Positions 10,701 to 22,800 of a DNA stretch of 64,000 nt are shown here, one piece after another; positions within the stretch are counted from its first letter, which is position 1; each line of letters starts with the position of its first letter. The stretch covers positions 140,926,001-140,990,000 of the forward strand of contig OZ024743.1 in NCBI GenBank assembly GCA_964016885.1. The letters are read 5' to 3'. The notes beneath the pieces are model-generated. The model saw only the letters and a program-made list of their open reading frames with translations. It searched no databases and was not told the DNA's origin. This stretch comes from Eledone cirrhosa (Eukaryota). The position numbers and the translations under genes are program-made.

Positions 10701-13700
10701 TGCTTGGTGTTTGATGCTTGGTGCTAGGTGCTTGGTGTTTGGTGCTTGGTGTTTGGTGCTTGGTGTTTGGTGCTTGGTGTTTGGTGCTTGGTGCTTGGTG
10801 CTTGGTGCTTGGTGTTTGGTGGTTGGTGCTTGGTGCTTGGTGTTAGGTGTTTGGTGCTTGGTGCTTGGTGTTTGGTGTTTGGTGCTTGGTGTTTGGTGTT
10901 TGGTGCTTGGTGTTTGGTGCTTGGTACTTGGTGCTTGGTGCTTGGTGTTAGGTGTTTGGTGCTTGGTGTTTGGTGTCTGGTTTTTGGTGCTTGGTGCTTG
11001 GTGCTTAGTGTTTGGTGCTTGGTGCTTAGTGTTTGGTGCTTGGTGCTTGGTGCTTGGTCCTTGGTGCTTGGTGTTTGGTGGTTGGTGTTTGGTGGTTGGT
11101 GTTAGGTGTTTGGTGCTTGGTGCTTGGTGTTTGGTGTTTGGTGCTTGGTGTTTGGTGTTTGGTGCTTGGTGTTTGGTGCTTGGTACTTGGTGCTTGGTGC
11201 TTGGTGTTAGGTGTTTGGTGCTTGGTGTTTGGTGCTTGGTGTTTGGTGCTTGGTGCTTGGTGCTTGGTGCTTGGTGTTTGGTGGTTGGTGTTTGGTGCTT
11301 GGTGTTTGGTGCTTGGTGTTACGTGTTTGGTGCTTGGTGCTTGGTGTTTGTGGTTTGGTGCTTGGTGTTAGGTGTTTGGTGCTTGGTGTTTGGTGCTTTT
11401 TGCTTGGTGCTTGGTGCTTGGTGTTTGGTGCTGGGTGCTTGGTGCTTGGTGTTTGGTGTTATATGCTTGGTGTTTGATGCTTGGTGCTTGGTGCTTGGTG
11501 TTTGGTGTTTGGTGCTTGGTGTTTGATGCTTGGTGCTTGGTGCTTGGTGTTTGGTGCTTGGTGCTTGGTGTTTGGTGCTTGGTGCTTGGTGTTTGGTGCT
11601 TGGTGTTTGGTGCTTGGTGTTAGGTGTTTGGTGCTTGGTGCTTGGTGTTTGGTGTTTGGTGCTTGGTGTTTGGTGTTTGGTGCTTGGTGTTTGGTGCTTG
11701 GTACTTGGTGCTTGGTGCTTGGTGTTAGGTGTTTGGTGCTTGGTGTTTGGTGCTTGGTGTTTGGTGGTTGGTGTTTGGTGCTTGGTGTTAGGTGTTTGGT
11801 GCTTGGTGCTTGGTGTTTGGTGTTTGGTGCTTGGTGTTTGGTGTTTGGTGCTTGGTGTTTGGTGCTTTTTGCTTGGTGCTTGGTGCTTGGTGTTTGGTGC
11901 TTGGTTCTTGGTGTTTGGTGCTGGGTGCTTGGTGTTTGGTGTTTGGTGTTATATGCTTGGTGTTTGATGCTTGGTGCTTGGTGCTTGGTGTTTGGTGTTT
12001 GGTGCTTGGTGTTTGATGCTTGGTGCTTGGTGCTTGGTGTTTGGTGCTTGGTGCTTGGTGCTTGGTGTTTGGTGCTTGGTGTTTGGTGCTTGGTGTTTGG
12101 TGCTTGGTGCTTGGTGCTTGGTGTTTGGTGGTTGGTGCTTGGTGCTTGGTGTTAGGTGTTTGGTGCTTGGTGCTTGGTGTTTGGTGTTTGGTGCTTGGTG
12201 TTTGGTGTTTGGTGTTTGGTGTTTGGTGCTTGGTACTTGGTGCTTGGTGCTTGGTGTTAGGTGTTTGGTGCTTGGTGTTTGGTGTCTGGTTTTTGGTGTT
12301 TGGTGCTTGGTGATTGGTGCTTGGTGTTTGGTGCTTGGTGTTTGGTGTTTGGTGCTAGGTGCTTGGTGTTTGGTGCTTGGTGCTTGGTGTTTGTACTTGG
12401 TGCTTGGTGCTTGGTTCTTGGTGTTTGGTGCTTGGTGCTTGGTGTTTGGTGCTTGGTGCTTGGTGTTTGGTGCTTGGTGTTTGGTGCTTGGTGTTGGTGC
12501 TTGGTGCTTGGTGCTTGGTGTTTGGTGCTTGGTGTTAGGTGTTTGGTGCTTGGTGCTTGGTGTTAGGTGTTTGGTGCTTGGTATTTGGTGCTTGGTGTTT
12601 GGTGCTTGGTGCTTGGTGCTTGGTGTTTGGTGGTTGGTGTTTGGTGCTTGGTGTTAGGTGTTTGGTGCTTGGTGCTTGGTGTTTGGTGTTTGGTGCTTGG
12701 TGTTTGGTGTTTGGTGCTTGGTGTTTGGTGCTTTTTGCTTGGTGCTTGGTGCTTGGTGTTTGGTGCTTGGTTCTTGGTGTTTGGTGCTGGGTGCTTGGTG
12801 TTTGGTGTTTGGTGTTATATGCTTGGTGTTTGATGCTTGGTGCTTGGTGCTTGGTGTTTGGTGTTTGGTGCTTGGTGTTTGGTGCTTGGTGCTTGGTGTT
12901 AGGTGTTTGGTGCTTGGTGCTTGGTGTTTGGTGTTTGGTGCTTGGTGTTTGGTGTTTGGTGTTTGGTGTTTGGTGCTTGGTACTTGGTGCTTGGTGCTTG
13001 GTGTTAGGTGTTTGGTGCTTGGTGTTTGGTGTCTGGTTTTTGGTGCTTGGTGCTTGGTGTTTGGTGCTTGCTGCTGGCTGCTTGGTGTTTGGTGCTTGGT
13101 GATTGGTGCTTGGTGTTTGGTGCTTGGTGTTTGGTGTTTGGTGCTAGGTGCTTGGTGTTTGGTGCTTGGTGCTTGGTGTTTGTACTTGGTGCTTGGTTCT
13201 TGGTGTTTGGTGCTTGGTGCTTGGTGTTTGGTGCTTGGTGCTTGGTGTTTGGTGCTTGGTGTTTGGTGCTTGGTGTTTGGTGCTTGGTGCTTGGTGCTTG
13301 GTGTTTGGTGCTTGGTGTTTGGTGCTTGGTGTTAGGTGTTTGGTGCTTGGTGCTTGGTGTTAGGTGTTTGGTGCTTGGTGTTTGGTGCTTGGTGTTTGGT
13401 GCTTGGTGCTTGGTGCTTGGTGCTTGGTGTTTGGTGGTTGGTGTTTGGTGCTTGTTGTTAGGTGTTTGGTGCTTGGTGCTTGGTGTTTGGTGTTTGGTGC
13501 TTGGTGTTTGGTGTTTGGTGCTTGGTGTTTGGTGCTTTTTGCTTGGTGCTTGGTGCTTGGTGTTTGGTGCTTGGTGCTTGGTGTTTGGTGCTGGGTGCTT
13601 GGTGTTTGGTGTTTGGTGTTATATGCTTGGTGTTTGATGCTTGGTGCTTGGTGCTTGGTGTTTGGTGTTTGGTGCTTGGTGTTTGATGCTTGGTGCTTGG

Positions 13701-15003
13701 TGCTTGGTGTTTGGTGCTTGGTGCTTGGTGTTTGGTGCTTGGTGCTTGGTGTTTGGTGCTTGGTGTTTGGTGCTTGGTGTTTGGTGCTTGGTGCTTGGTG
13801 CTTGGTGCTTGGTGTTTGGTGGTTGGTGCTTGGTGCTTGGTGTTAGGTGTTTGGTGCTTGGTGCTTGGTGTTTGGTGTTTGGTGCTTGGTGTTTGGTGTT
13901 TGGTGCTTGGTGTTTGGTGCTTGGTACTTGGTGCTTGGTGCTTGGTGTTAGGTGTTTGGTGCTTGGTGTTTGGTGTCTGGTTTTTGGTGCTTGGTGCTTG
14001 GTGCTTAGTGTTTGGTGCTTGGTGCTTAGTGTTTGGTGCTAGGTGCTTGGTGTTTGGTGCTTGGTGCTTGGTGTTTGGTGCCTGGTGCTTGGTGTTTGGT
14101 GTTTGGTGTTTGGTGCTTGGTGCTTGGTGTTTGGTGTTTGCTGTTTGCTGTTTGTTGTTTGGTGTTTGCTGTTTGGTGTTTGGTGTTTGCTTTTTGGTGC
14201 TTGGTGTTTGATGCTTGGTGCTTGGTGCTTGGTGTTTGGTGCTTGGTGCTTGGTGTTTGGTGTTTGGTGCTTGGTGCTTGGTGTTTGGTGCTTGCTGCTG
14301 GCTGCTTGGTGTTTGGTGCTTGGTGATTGGTGCTTGGTGTTTGGTGCTTGGTGTTTGGTGTTTGGTGCTAGGTGCTTGGTGTTTGGTGCTTGGTGCTTGG
14401 TGTTTGTACTTGGTGCTTGGTGCTTGGTTCTTGGTGTTTGGTGCTTGGTGCTTGGTGTTTGGTGCTTGGTGTTTGGTGCTTGGTGTTTGGTGTTTGGTGC
14501 TTGGTGCTTGGTGTTTGGTGCTTGGTGTTTGGTGCTTGGTGTTAGGTGTTTGGTGCTTGGTGCTTGGTGTTTGGTGTTTGGTGCTTGGCGTTTGGTGTTT
14601 GGTGTTATATGCTTGGTGTTTGATGCTTGGTGCTTGGTGCTTGGTGTTTGGTGCTTGGTGTTTGATGCTTGGTGCTTGGTGCTTGGTGTTTTGTGCTTGG
14701 TGCTTGGTGTTTGTACTTGGTGCTTGGTGCTTGGTTCTTGGTGTTTGGTGCTTGGTGCTTGGTGTTTGGTGTTTGGTGCTTGGTGTTTGGTGCTTGGTGT
14801 TTGGTGCTTGGTGCTTGGTGCTTAGTGCTTGGTGTTTGGTGCTTGGTGTTAGGTGTTTAGTGCTTGGTGCTTGGTGTTTGGTGTTTGGTGCTTGGTGTTT
14901 GGTGCTTGGTGTTTGGTGTTAGGTGTTTGGTGCTTGGTGTTTGGTGTTTGGTGCTTGGTGTTTGGTGCTTGGTGTTTGGTGCTTGGTGTTTGGTGCTTGG
15001 TAC
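7780..15003 (+). repeat. 7224-bp tandem duplication, copy 2 (identity runs on to ~15027)
   Basis: Rare markers are shared at +7224: TTGAGGC (~1997/9221), GTGGTGT (~2361/9585), TTGGGGC (~3012/10236), TACGTG (1794/9018). The only difference I noticed is TTGTGGT at 11348 vs TTGGTGT at 4124. Confidence 0.95.
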
Positions 15004-17984
15004 TTGGTGCTTGGTGCTTGGTGTTTGGTTTTTGGTGCTTGGTGCTTGGTGTTTGGTGTTTGGGGCTTGCTGCTGGCTGCTTGGTGTTTGATGCTTGGTG
15101 ATTGGTGCTTGGTGTTTTGTGCTTGGTGTTTGGTGTTTGGTGTTTGGTGCTAGGTGCTTGGTGTTTGGTGCTTGGTGCTTGGTGCTTGGTGTTTGGTGTT
15201 TGGTGTTTGGTGTTTGATGCTTGGTGTTTGGTGCTTGGTGCTGGGTGGTTGGTGTTTAGTGCTTGGTGTTTGGTGCTGGGTGCTTGGTGTTTGGTGCTTG
15301 GTGCTTGGTCTTTGGTGCTTGGTGTTTGGTGTTTGGTGCTTGGTGCTTGGTGCTTGGTGTTTGGTGCTTGGTGCTTGGTGTTTGGTGCTTGGTGCTTAGT
15401 GTTTGGTGCTTGGTGCTTAGTGTTTGGTGCTAGGTGCTTGGTGTTTGGTGCTTGGTGCTTGGTGTTTGGTGCCTGGTGCTTGGTGTTTGGTGTTTGGTGT
15501 TTGGTGCTTGGTGCTTGGTGTTTGGTGTTTGCTGTTTGCTGTTTGTTGTTTGGTGTTTGCTGTTTGGTGTTTGGTGTTTGCTTTTTGGTGTTTGGTGTTT
15601 GATGTATGTTGTTTGCTGTTTGGTGTTTGGTGTTTGCTGTTTGGTGCTTGGTGTTCGGTGCTTGGTGCTTGGTGTTTGGTGCCTGGTGCTTGGTGCTTGG
15701 TGCTTGGTGTTTGGTGTTTGGTGCTTGGTGCTTGGAGTTTGGTGTTTGGTGCTTGGTGCTTGGTGTTTCGTGTTTCGTGTTTGGTTTTTGGTGCTTGGTG
15801 CTTGGTGTTTGGCGTTTGGTTCTTGGTTCTTGGTGTTTGGTGTTTGGCGTTTGGTGTTTGGTGCTTGGTGCTTGGTGTTTGGTGCTTGGTGCTTGGTGTT
15901 TGGTGCCTGGTGCTTGGTGCTTGGTGTTTGGTGTTTGGTGCTTGGTGCTTGGTGCTTGGAGTTTGGTGTTTGGTGCTTGGTGCTTTGTGTTTTGTGTTTG
16001 GTGTTTGATTTTTGGTGCTTGGTGCTTGGTCCTTGGTGTTTGGTGCTGGGTGCTTTGTGTTTGGTGCTTTCTGCTTGGTGTCTGGTGTTTGCTGCTTGGT
16101 GTTTGATGCTTGGTGCTTGGTGCTTGGTGTTTTGTGTTTGGTGCTTGGTTCTTGGTGTTTGGTGCTTGGTGCTTGGTACTTGGTGTTTGTACTTGGTGCT
16201 TGGTGCTTGGTGTTTGGTTCTTGGTTCTTGGTGTTTGGTACTTGGTGCTTCGTGCTTGATGTTTGGTGTTTGGTGCTTGGTGTTTGGTGCTTGGTGCTTG
16301 GTGCTTGGTGTTAGGTGTTTGGTGCTTGGTCCTTGGTGTTTGGTGCTTGGTGTTTGGTGTTTGCTGTTTGGTGTATGGTGTTTGGTGTTTGGTGTTTGCT
16401 GTTTGGTGTCTGCTTTTTGGTGTTCAGTGTTTGCTGTATGGTGTTTGGTGTTTGCTGTTTGGTGTTTGGTCTTTAGTCCTTGGTGTTTGGTGCTTGGTGC
16501 TTGGTGTTTGGTGTTTGGTGCTTGGTGCTTGGTGTTTGGTGTTTGGTGCTTGGTGTTTGGTGTTTGGTGCTTGGTGTCTGGTGCTTGGTGTTTGGTTTTT
16601 GGTGCTTGGTGTTTGGTGTTTGGTGTTTGGTGTTTGGTGCTTTGTGCTTGGTGTTTGGTGTTTGGTGCTTGGTGTCTGGTGCTTGGTGTTTGGTGTTTGG
16701 TGCTTGGTGTTTGGTGTTTGGTGTTTGGTGCTTGGTGCTTGGTGCTTGGTGTTTGGTGTTTGGTGCTTGGTGTTTGGTGCTTGGTGCTGGGTGGTTGGTG
16801 TTTGGTGCTTGGTGTTTGGTGCTGGGTGCTTGGTGTTTGGTGCTGGGTGCTTGGTGTTTGGTGCTTGGTGCTTGGTCTTTGGTGCTTGGTGTTTGGTGCT
16901 TGGTGCTTGGTGCTTGGCGTTTGGTGGTTGGTGCTTGGTGTTTGGTGCTTGGTGCTTGGTGTTTGGTTTTTGGTGCTTGGTGCTTGGTGTTTGGTGTTTG
17001 GTGCTTGCTGCTGGCTGCTTGGTGTTTGATGCATGGTGATTGGTGCTTGGTGTTTGGTGCTTGGTGTTTGGTGTTTGATGCTTGGTGCTTGGTGCTTGGT
17101 GTTTGGTGCTTGGTGCTTGGTGTTTGGTGCTTGGTGCTTGGTGTTTGGTGCTTGGTGCTTGGTGTTTGGTGCTTGGTGTTTGGTGCTTGGTGTTTGGTGC
17201 TTGGTGCTTGGTGCTTGGTGCTTGGTGTTTGGTGGTTGGTGCTTGGTGCTTGGTGTTAGGTGTTTGGTGCTTGGTGCTTGGTGTTTGGTGTTTGGTGCTT
17301 GGTGTTTGGTGTTTGGTGCTTGGTGTTTGGTGCTTGGTACTTGGTGCTTGGTGCTTGGTGTTAGGTGTTTGGTGCTTGGTGCTTGGTGTCTGGTTTTTGG
17401 TGCTTGGTGCTTGGTGTTTGGTGTTTGGTGCTTGCTGCTGGCTGCTTGGTGTTTGGTGCTTGGTGATTGGTGCTTGGTGTTTGGTGTTTGGTGTTTGGTG
17501 TTTGGTGCTTGGTGATTGGTGTTTGTACTTGGTGCTTGGTGCTTGGTTCTTGGTGTTTGGTGCTTGGTGCTTGGTGCTTGGTGCTTGGTGTTTGGTGTTT
17601 GGTGTTTGATGCTTGGTGCTTGGTGTTTGGTGCTTGGTGCTTGGTGTTTGTACTTGGTGCTTGGTGCTTGGTGCTTGGTGTTTGGTGCTTGGTGCTTGGT
17701 GCTTGGTCCTTGGTGCCTGGTGTTTGGTGGTTGGTGTTTGGTGCTTGGTGTTAGGTGTTTGGTGCTTGGTGCTTGGTGTTTGGTGTTTGGTGCTTGGTGT
17801 TTGGTGTTTGGTGCTTGGTATTTGGTGCTTGGTACTTGGTGCTTGGTGCTTGGTGTTAGGTGTTTGGTGCTTGGTGTTTGGTGCTTGGTGTTTGGTGCTT
17901 GGTGCTTGGTGCTTGGTGCTTGGTGTTTGGTGGTTGGTGTTTGGTGCTTGGTGTTTGGTGCTTGGTGTTAGGTGCTTGGTGATT

Positions 17985-19610
17985 GGTGCTTGGTGTTTGG
18001 TGTTTGGTGCTTGGTGTTTGGTGTTTGGTGCTTGGTGTTTGGTGCTTTTTGCTTGGTGCTTGGTGCTTGGTGTTTGGTGCTGGGTGCTTGGTGCTTGGTG
18101 TTTGGTGTTATATGCTTGGTGTTTGATGCTTGGTGCTTGGTGCTTGGTGTTTGGTGTTTGGTGCTTGGTGTTTGATGCTTGGTGCTTGGTGCTTGGTGTT
18201 TGGTGCTTGGTGCTTGGTGTTTGGTGCTTGGTGCTTGGTGTTTGGTGCTTGGTGTTTGGTGCTTGGTGTTTGGTGCTTGGTGCTTGGTGCTTGGTGCTTG
18301 GTGTTTGGTGTTTGGTGCTTGGTGCTTGGTGTCTGGTTTTTGGTGCTTGGTGCTTGGTGTTTGGTGCTTGTTGCTGGCTGCTTGGTGTTTGGTGCTTGGT
18401 GATTGGTGCTTGGTGTTTGGTGCTTGGTGTTTGGTGTTTGGTGCTTGGTGTTTGTACTTGGTGTTTGGTGCTTGGTGTTTGGTGCTAGGTGCTTGGTGTT
18501 TGGTGCTTGGTGCTTGGGGTTTGGTGCCTGGTGCTTGGTGTTTGGTGTTTGGTCTTTGGTGCTTGGTGCTTGGTGTTTGGTGTTTGCTGTTTGCTGTTTG
18601 GTGTTTGTTGTTTGGTGTTTGTTGTTTGGTGTTTGCTGTTTGGTGTTTGGTATTTGCTTTTTGGTGTTTGGTGTTTGATGTATGTTGTTTGCTGTTTGGT
18701 GTTTGGTGTTTGGTGTTTGGTGCTTGGTGCTTGGTGTTTGGTGCTTGGTGCTTGGTGTTTAGTGCCTGGTGCTTGGTGCATGGTGCTTGGTGTTTGGTGT
18801 TTGGTGCTTGGTGCTTGGAGTTTGGTGTTTGGTGCTTGGTGCTTGGTGTTTCGTGTTTCGTGTTTGGTTTTTGGTGCTTGGTGCTTGGTGCTTGGTCCTT
18901 GGTGTTTGGTGCTGGGTGCATTGTGTTTGGTGCTTGGCGCTTGGTGCTTGGTGCTTGGTGTTTGGTGTTTGCTGCTTGGTGTTTGATGCTTGGTGCTTGG
19001 TGCTTGGTGTTTTGCGCTTGGTGCTTGGTGCTTGGTGTTTGGTGCTTGGTGCTTGGTGCTTGGTGTTTGTACTTGGTGCTTGGTGATTGGTGTTTGGTTC
19101 TTGGTTCTTGGTGTTTGGTGTTTGGCGTTTGGTGTTTGGTGCTTGGTGCTTGGTGTTTGGTGCTTGGTGCTTGGTGTTTGGTGCCTGGTGCTTGGTGCTT
19201 GGTGTTTGGTGTTTGGTGCTTGGTGCTTGGTGCTTGGAGTTTGGTGTTTGGTGCTTGGTGCTTTGTGTTTTGTGTTTGGTGTTTGGTTTTTGGTGCTTGG
19301 TGCTTGGTCCTTGGTGTTTGGTGCTGGGTGCTTTGTGTTTGGTGCTTGGTGCTTGGTGTTTGGTGTTTGCTGCTTGGTGTTTGATGCTTGGTGCTTGGTG
19401 CTTGGTGTTTTGTGTTTGGTGCTTGGTTCTTGGTGTTTGGTGCTTGGTGCTTGGTACTTGGTGTTTGTACTTGGTGCTTGGTGCTTGGTGTTTGGTTCTT
19501 GGTTCTTGGTGTTTGGTACTTGGTGCTTGGTGCTTGATGTTTGGTGTTTGGTGCTTGGTGTTTGGTGCTTGGTGCTTGGTGCTTGGTGTTAGGTATTTGG
19601 TGCTTGGTGC
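17985..19610 (+). repeat. ~1.6-kb block duplicated at ~28197-29822 (offset 10212)
   Basis: ORF pairs 18130/28342, 18403/28615, 18769/28981 and 18990/29202. Shared markers TTAGTGCCTGG..GTGCATGG, TTGGCGC, TTTGCGC, TAGGTAT. Confidence 0.88.
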
Positions 19611-19839
19611 TTGGTGCTTGGTGTTTGGTGGTTGGTGTTTGGTGCTTGGTGTTTGGTGCTTGGTGTTTGGTGTTTGGTGCTTGGTGTTTGGTGTTTGGTG
19701 CTTGGTGTTTGGTGCTTTTTGCTTGGTGTTTGGTGCTTGGTGCTTGGTGCTTGGTGTTTTGTGTTTGGTGCTTGGTGCTTGGTGTTTGGTACTTGATGCT
19801 TGGTGCTTGGTGTTTGGTGCTTGGTGCTTGGTGTTTGGT

Positions 19840-22800
19840 GCTTGGTGTTTGGTGCTTGGTGTTTGGTGCTTGGTGCTTGGTGCTTGGGGCTTGGTGTTTG
19901 GTGTTTGGTGCTTGGTGCTTGGTGTCTGGTTTTTGGTGCTTGGTGCTTGGTGTTTGGTGCTTGTTGCTGGCTGCTTGGTGTTTGGTGCTTGGTGATTGGT
20001 GCTTGGTGTTTGGTGCTTGGTGTTTGGTGTTTGGTGCTTGGTGTTTGTACTTGGTGTTTGGTGCTTGGTGTTTGGTGCTAGGTGCTTGGTGTTTGGTGCT
20101 TGGTGCTTGGTGTTTGGTGCCTGGTGCTTGGTGTTTGGTGTTTGGTGTTTGGTGCTTGGTGCTTGGTGTTTGGTGTTTGCTGTTTGCTGTTTGGTGTTTG
20201 TTGTTTGGTGTTTGTTGTTTGGTGTTTGCTGTTTGGTGTTTGGTGTTTGCTTTTTGGTGTTTGGTGTTTGATGTATGTTGTTTGCTGTTTGGTGTTTGGT
20301 GTTTGGTGTTTGGTGCTTGGTGCTTGGTGTTTGGTGCTTGGTGCTTGGTGTTTGGTGCCTGGTGCTTGGTGTTTGGTGTTTGGTGCTTGGTGCTTGGAGT
20401 TTGGTGTTTGGTGCTTGGTGCTTGGTGTTTCGTGTTTCGTGTTTGGTGCTTGGTGCTTGGTGCTTGGTCCTTGGTGTTTGGTGCTGGGTGCATTGTGTTT
20501 GGTGCTTGGTGCTTGGTGCTTGGTGCTTGGTGTTTGGTGTTTGATGCTTGGTGTTTGATGCTTGGTGCTTGGTGCTTGGTGTTTTGTGTTTGGTGCTTGG
20601 TGCTTGGTGCTTGGTGTTTGGTGCTTGGTGCTTGGTGCTTGGTGTTTTGTGTTTGGTGCTTGGTGCTTGGTGTTTGGTACTTGGTGCTGGGTGGTTGGTG
20701 TTTGGTGCTTGGTGTTTGGTGCTGGGTGCTTGGTGTTTGGTGCTGGGTGCTTGGTGTTTGGTGCTTGGTGCTTGGTGTTTGGTGCTTGGTGCTGGGTGGT
20801 TGGTGTTTGGTGCTTGGTGTTTGGTGCTGGGTGCTTGGTGTTTGGTGCTGGGTGCTTGGTGTTTGGTGCTTGGTGCTTGGTCTTTGGTGCTTGGTGTTTG
20901 GTGCTTGGTGCTTGGTGCTTGGTGTTTGGTGCTTGGTGCTTGGTGTTTGGTGCTTGGTGCTTGGTGTTTGGTTTTTGGTGCTTGGTGCTTGGTGTTTGGT
21001 GTTTGGTGCTTGCTGCTGGCTGCTTGGTGTTTGATGCATGGTGATTGGTGCTTGGTGTTTGGTGCTTGGTGTTTGGTGTTTGATGCTTGGTGCTTGGTGC
21101 TTGGTGTTTGGTGCTTGGTGCTTGGTGTTTGGTGCTTGGTGCTTGGTGTTTGGTGCTTGGTGTTTGGTGCTTGGTGTTTGGTGCTTGGTGCTTGGTGCTT
21201 GGTGCTTGGTGTTTGGTGGTTGGTGCTTGGTGCTTGGTGTTAGGTGTTTGGTGCTTGGTGCTTGGTGTTTGGTGTTTGGTGCTTGGTGTTTGGTGTTTGG
21301 TGCTTGGTGTTTGGTGCTTGGTACTTGGTGCTTGGTGCTTGGTGTTAGGTGTTTGGTGCTTGGTGCTTGGTGTCTGGTTTTTGGTGCTTGGTGCTTGGTG
21401 TTTGGTGTTTGGTGCTTGCTGCTGGCTGCTTGGTGTTTGGTGCTTGGTGATTGGTGCTTGGTGTTTGGTGTTTGGTGTTTGGTGTTTGGTGCTTGGTGAT
21501 TGGTGTTTGTACTTGGTGCTTGGTGCTTGGTTCTTGGTGTTTGGTGCTTGGTGCTTGGTGTTTGGTGTTATATGCTTGGTGTTTGATGCTTGGTGCTTGG
21601 TGCTTGGTGCTTGGTGTTTGGTGTTTGGTGTTTGATGCTTGGTGCTTGGTGTTTGGTGCTTGGTGCTTGGTGTTTGTACTTGGTGCTTGGTGCTTGGTGC
21701 TTTGTGTTTGGTGCTTGGTGCTTGGTGCTTGGTCCTTGGTGCTTGGTGTTTGGTGGTTGGTGTTTGGTGCTTGGTGTTAGGTGTTTGGTGCTTGGTGCTT
21801 GGTGTTTGGTGTTTGGTGCTTGGTGTTTGGTGTTTGGTGCTTGGTATTTGGTGCTTGGTACTTGGTGCTTGGTGCTTGGTGTTAGGTGTTTGGTGCTTGG
21901 TGTTTGGTGCTTGGTGTTTGGTGCTTGGTGCTTGGTGCTTGGTGCTTGGTGCTTGGTGCTTGGTGTTTGGTGGTTGGTGTTTGGTGCTTGGTGTTTGGTG
22001 CTTGGTGTTTGGTGTTTGGTGCTTGGTGTTTGGTGCTTGGTGTTTGGTGCTTTTTGCTTGGTGTTTGGTGCTTGGTGCTTGGTGCTTGGTGTTTTGTGTT
22101 TGGTGCTTGGTGCTTGGTGTTTGGTACTTGGTGCTGGGTGGTTGGTGTTTGGTGCTTGGTGTTTGGTGCTGGGTGCTTGGTGTTTGGTGCTGGGTGCTTG
22201 GTGTTATATGCTTGGTGTTTGATGCTTGGTGCTTGGTGCTTGGTGTTTGGTGTTTGGTGTTTGATGCTTGGTGCTTGGTGTTTGGTGCTTGGTGCTTGGT
22301 GTTTGTACTTGGTGCTTGGTGCTTGGTGCTTGGTGTTTGGTGCTTGGTGCTTGGTGCTTGGTGCTTGGTCCTTGGTGCTTGGTGTTTGGTGGTTGGTGTT
22401 TGGTGCTTGGTGTTAGGTGTTTGGTGCTTGGAGCTTGGTGTTTGGTGTTTGGTGCTTGGTGTTTGGTGTTTGGTGCTTGGTGTTTGGTGCTTGGTACTTG
22501 GTGCTTGGTGCTTGGTGTTAGGTGTTTGGTGCTTGGTGTTTGGTGCTTGGTGTTTGGTGCTTGGTGCTTGGTGCTTGGTGCTTGGTGTTTGGTGGTTGGT
22601 GTTTGGTGCTTGGTGTTTGGTGCTTGGTGTTTGGTGTTTGGTGCTTGGTGTTTGGTGTTTGCTGCTTGGTGTTTGGTGCTTTTTGCTTGGTGCTTGGTGC
22701 TTGGTGCTTGGTGCTTGGTGTTTTGTGTTTGGTGCTTGGTGCTTGGTGTTTGGTACTTGGTGCTGGGTGGTTGGTGTTTGGTGCTTGGTGTTTGGTGCTG

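Noticed and set aside
20688-20860. Stable G-quadruplex
   Set aside because: The consensus has only GG tracts with 5-nt loops. GGG variants are 21-49 bp apart, too far for a canonical three-tetrad structure.
17968-21039. 1023-aa minus-strand ORF (and 534, 711, 692, 678 aa ORFs) of PSTKHQA/PNTKHQT heptads, resembling mucin or adhesin repeats
   Set aside because: The minus strand nearly lacks T, so stops are rare by composition. The ATGs come from recurrent satellite variants, overlapping frames are equally open, and 6-bp units shift frame freely. There is no signal peptide or anchor. Only RNA-seq, Ribo-seq or proteomics could rescue it.
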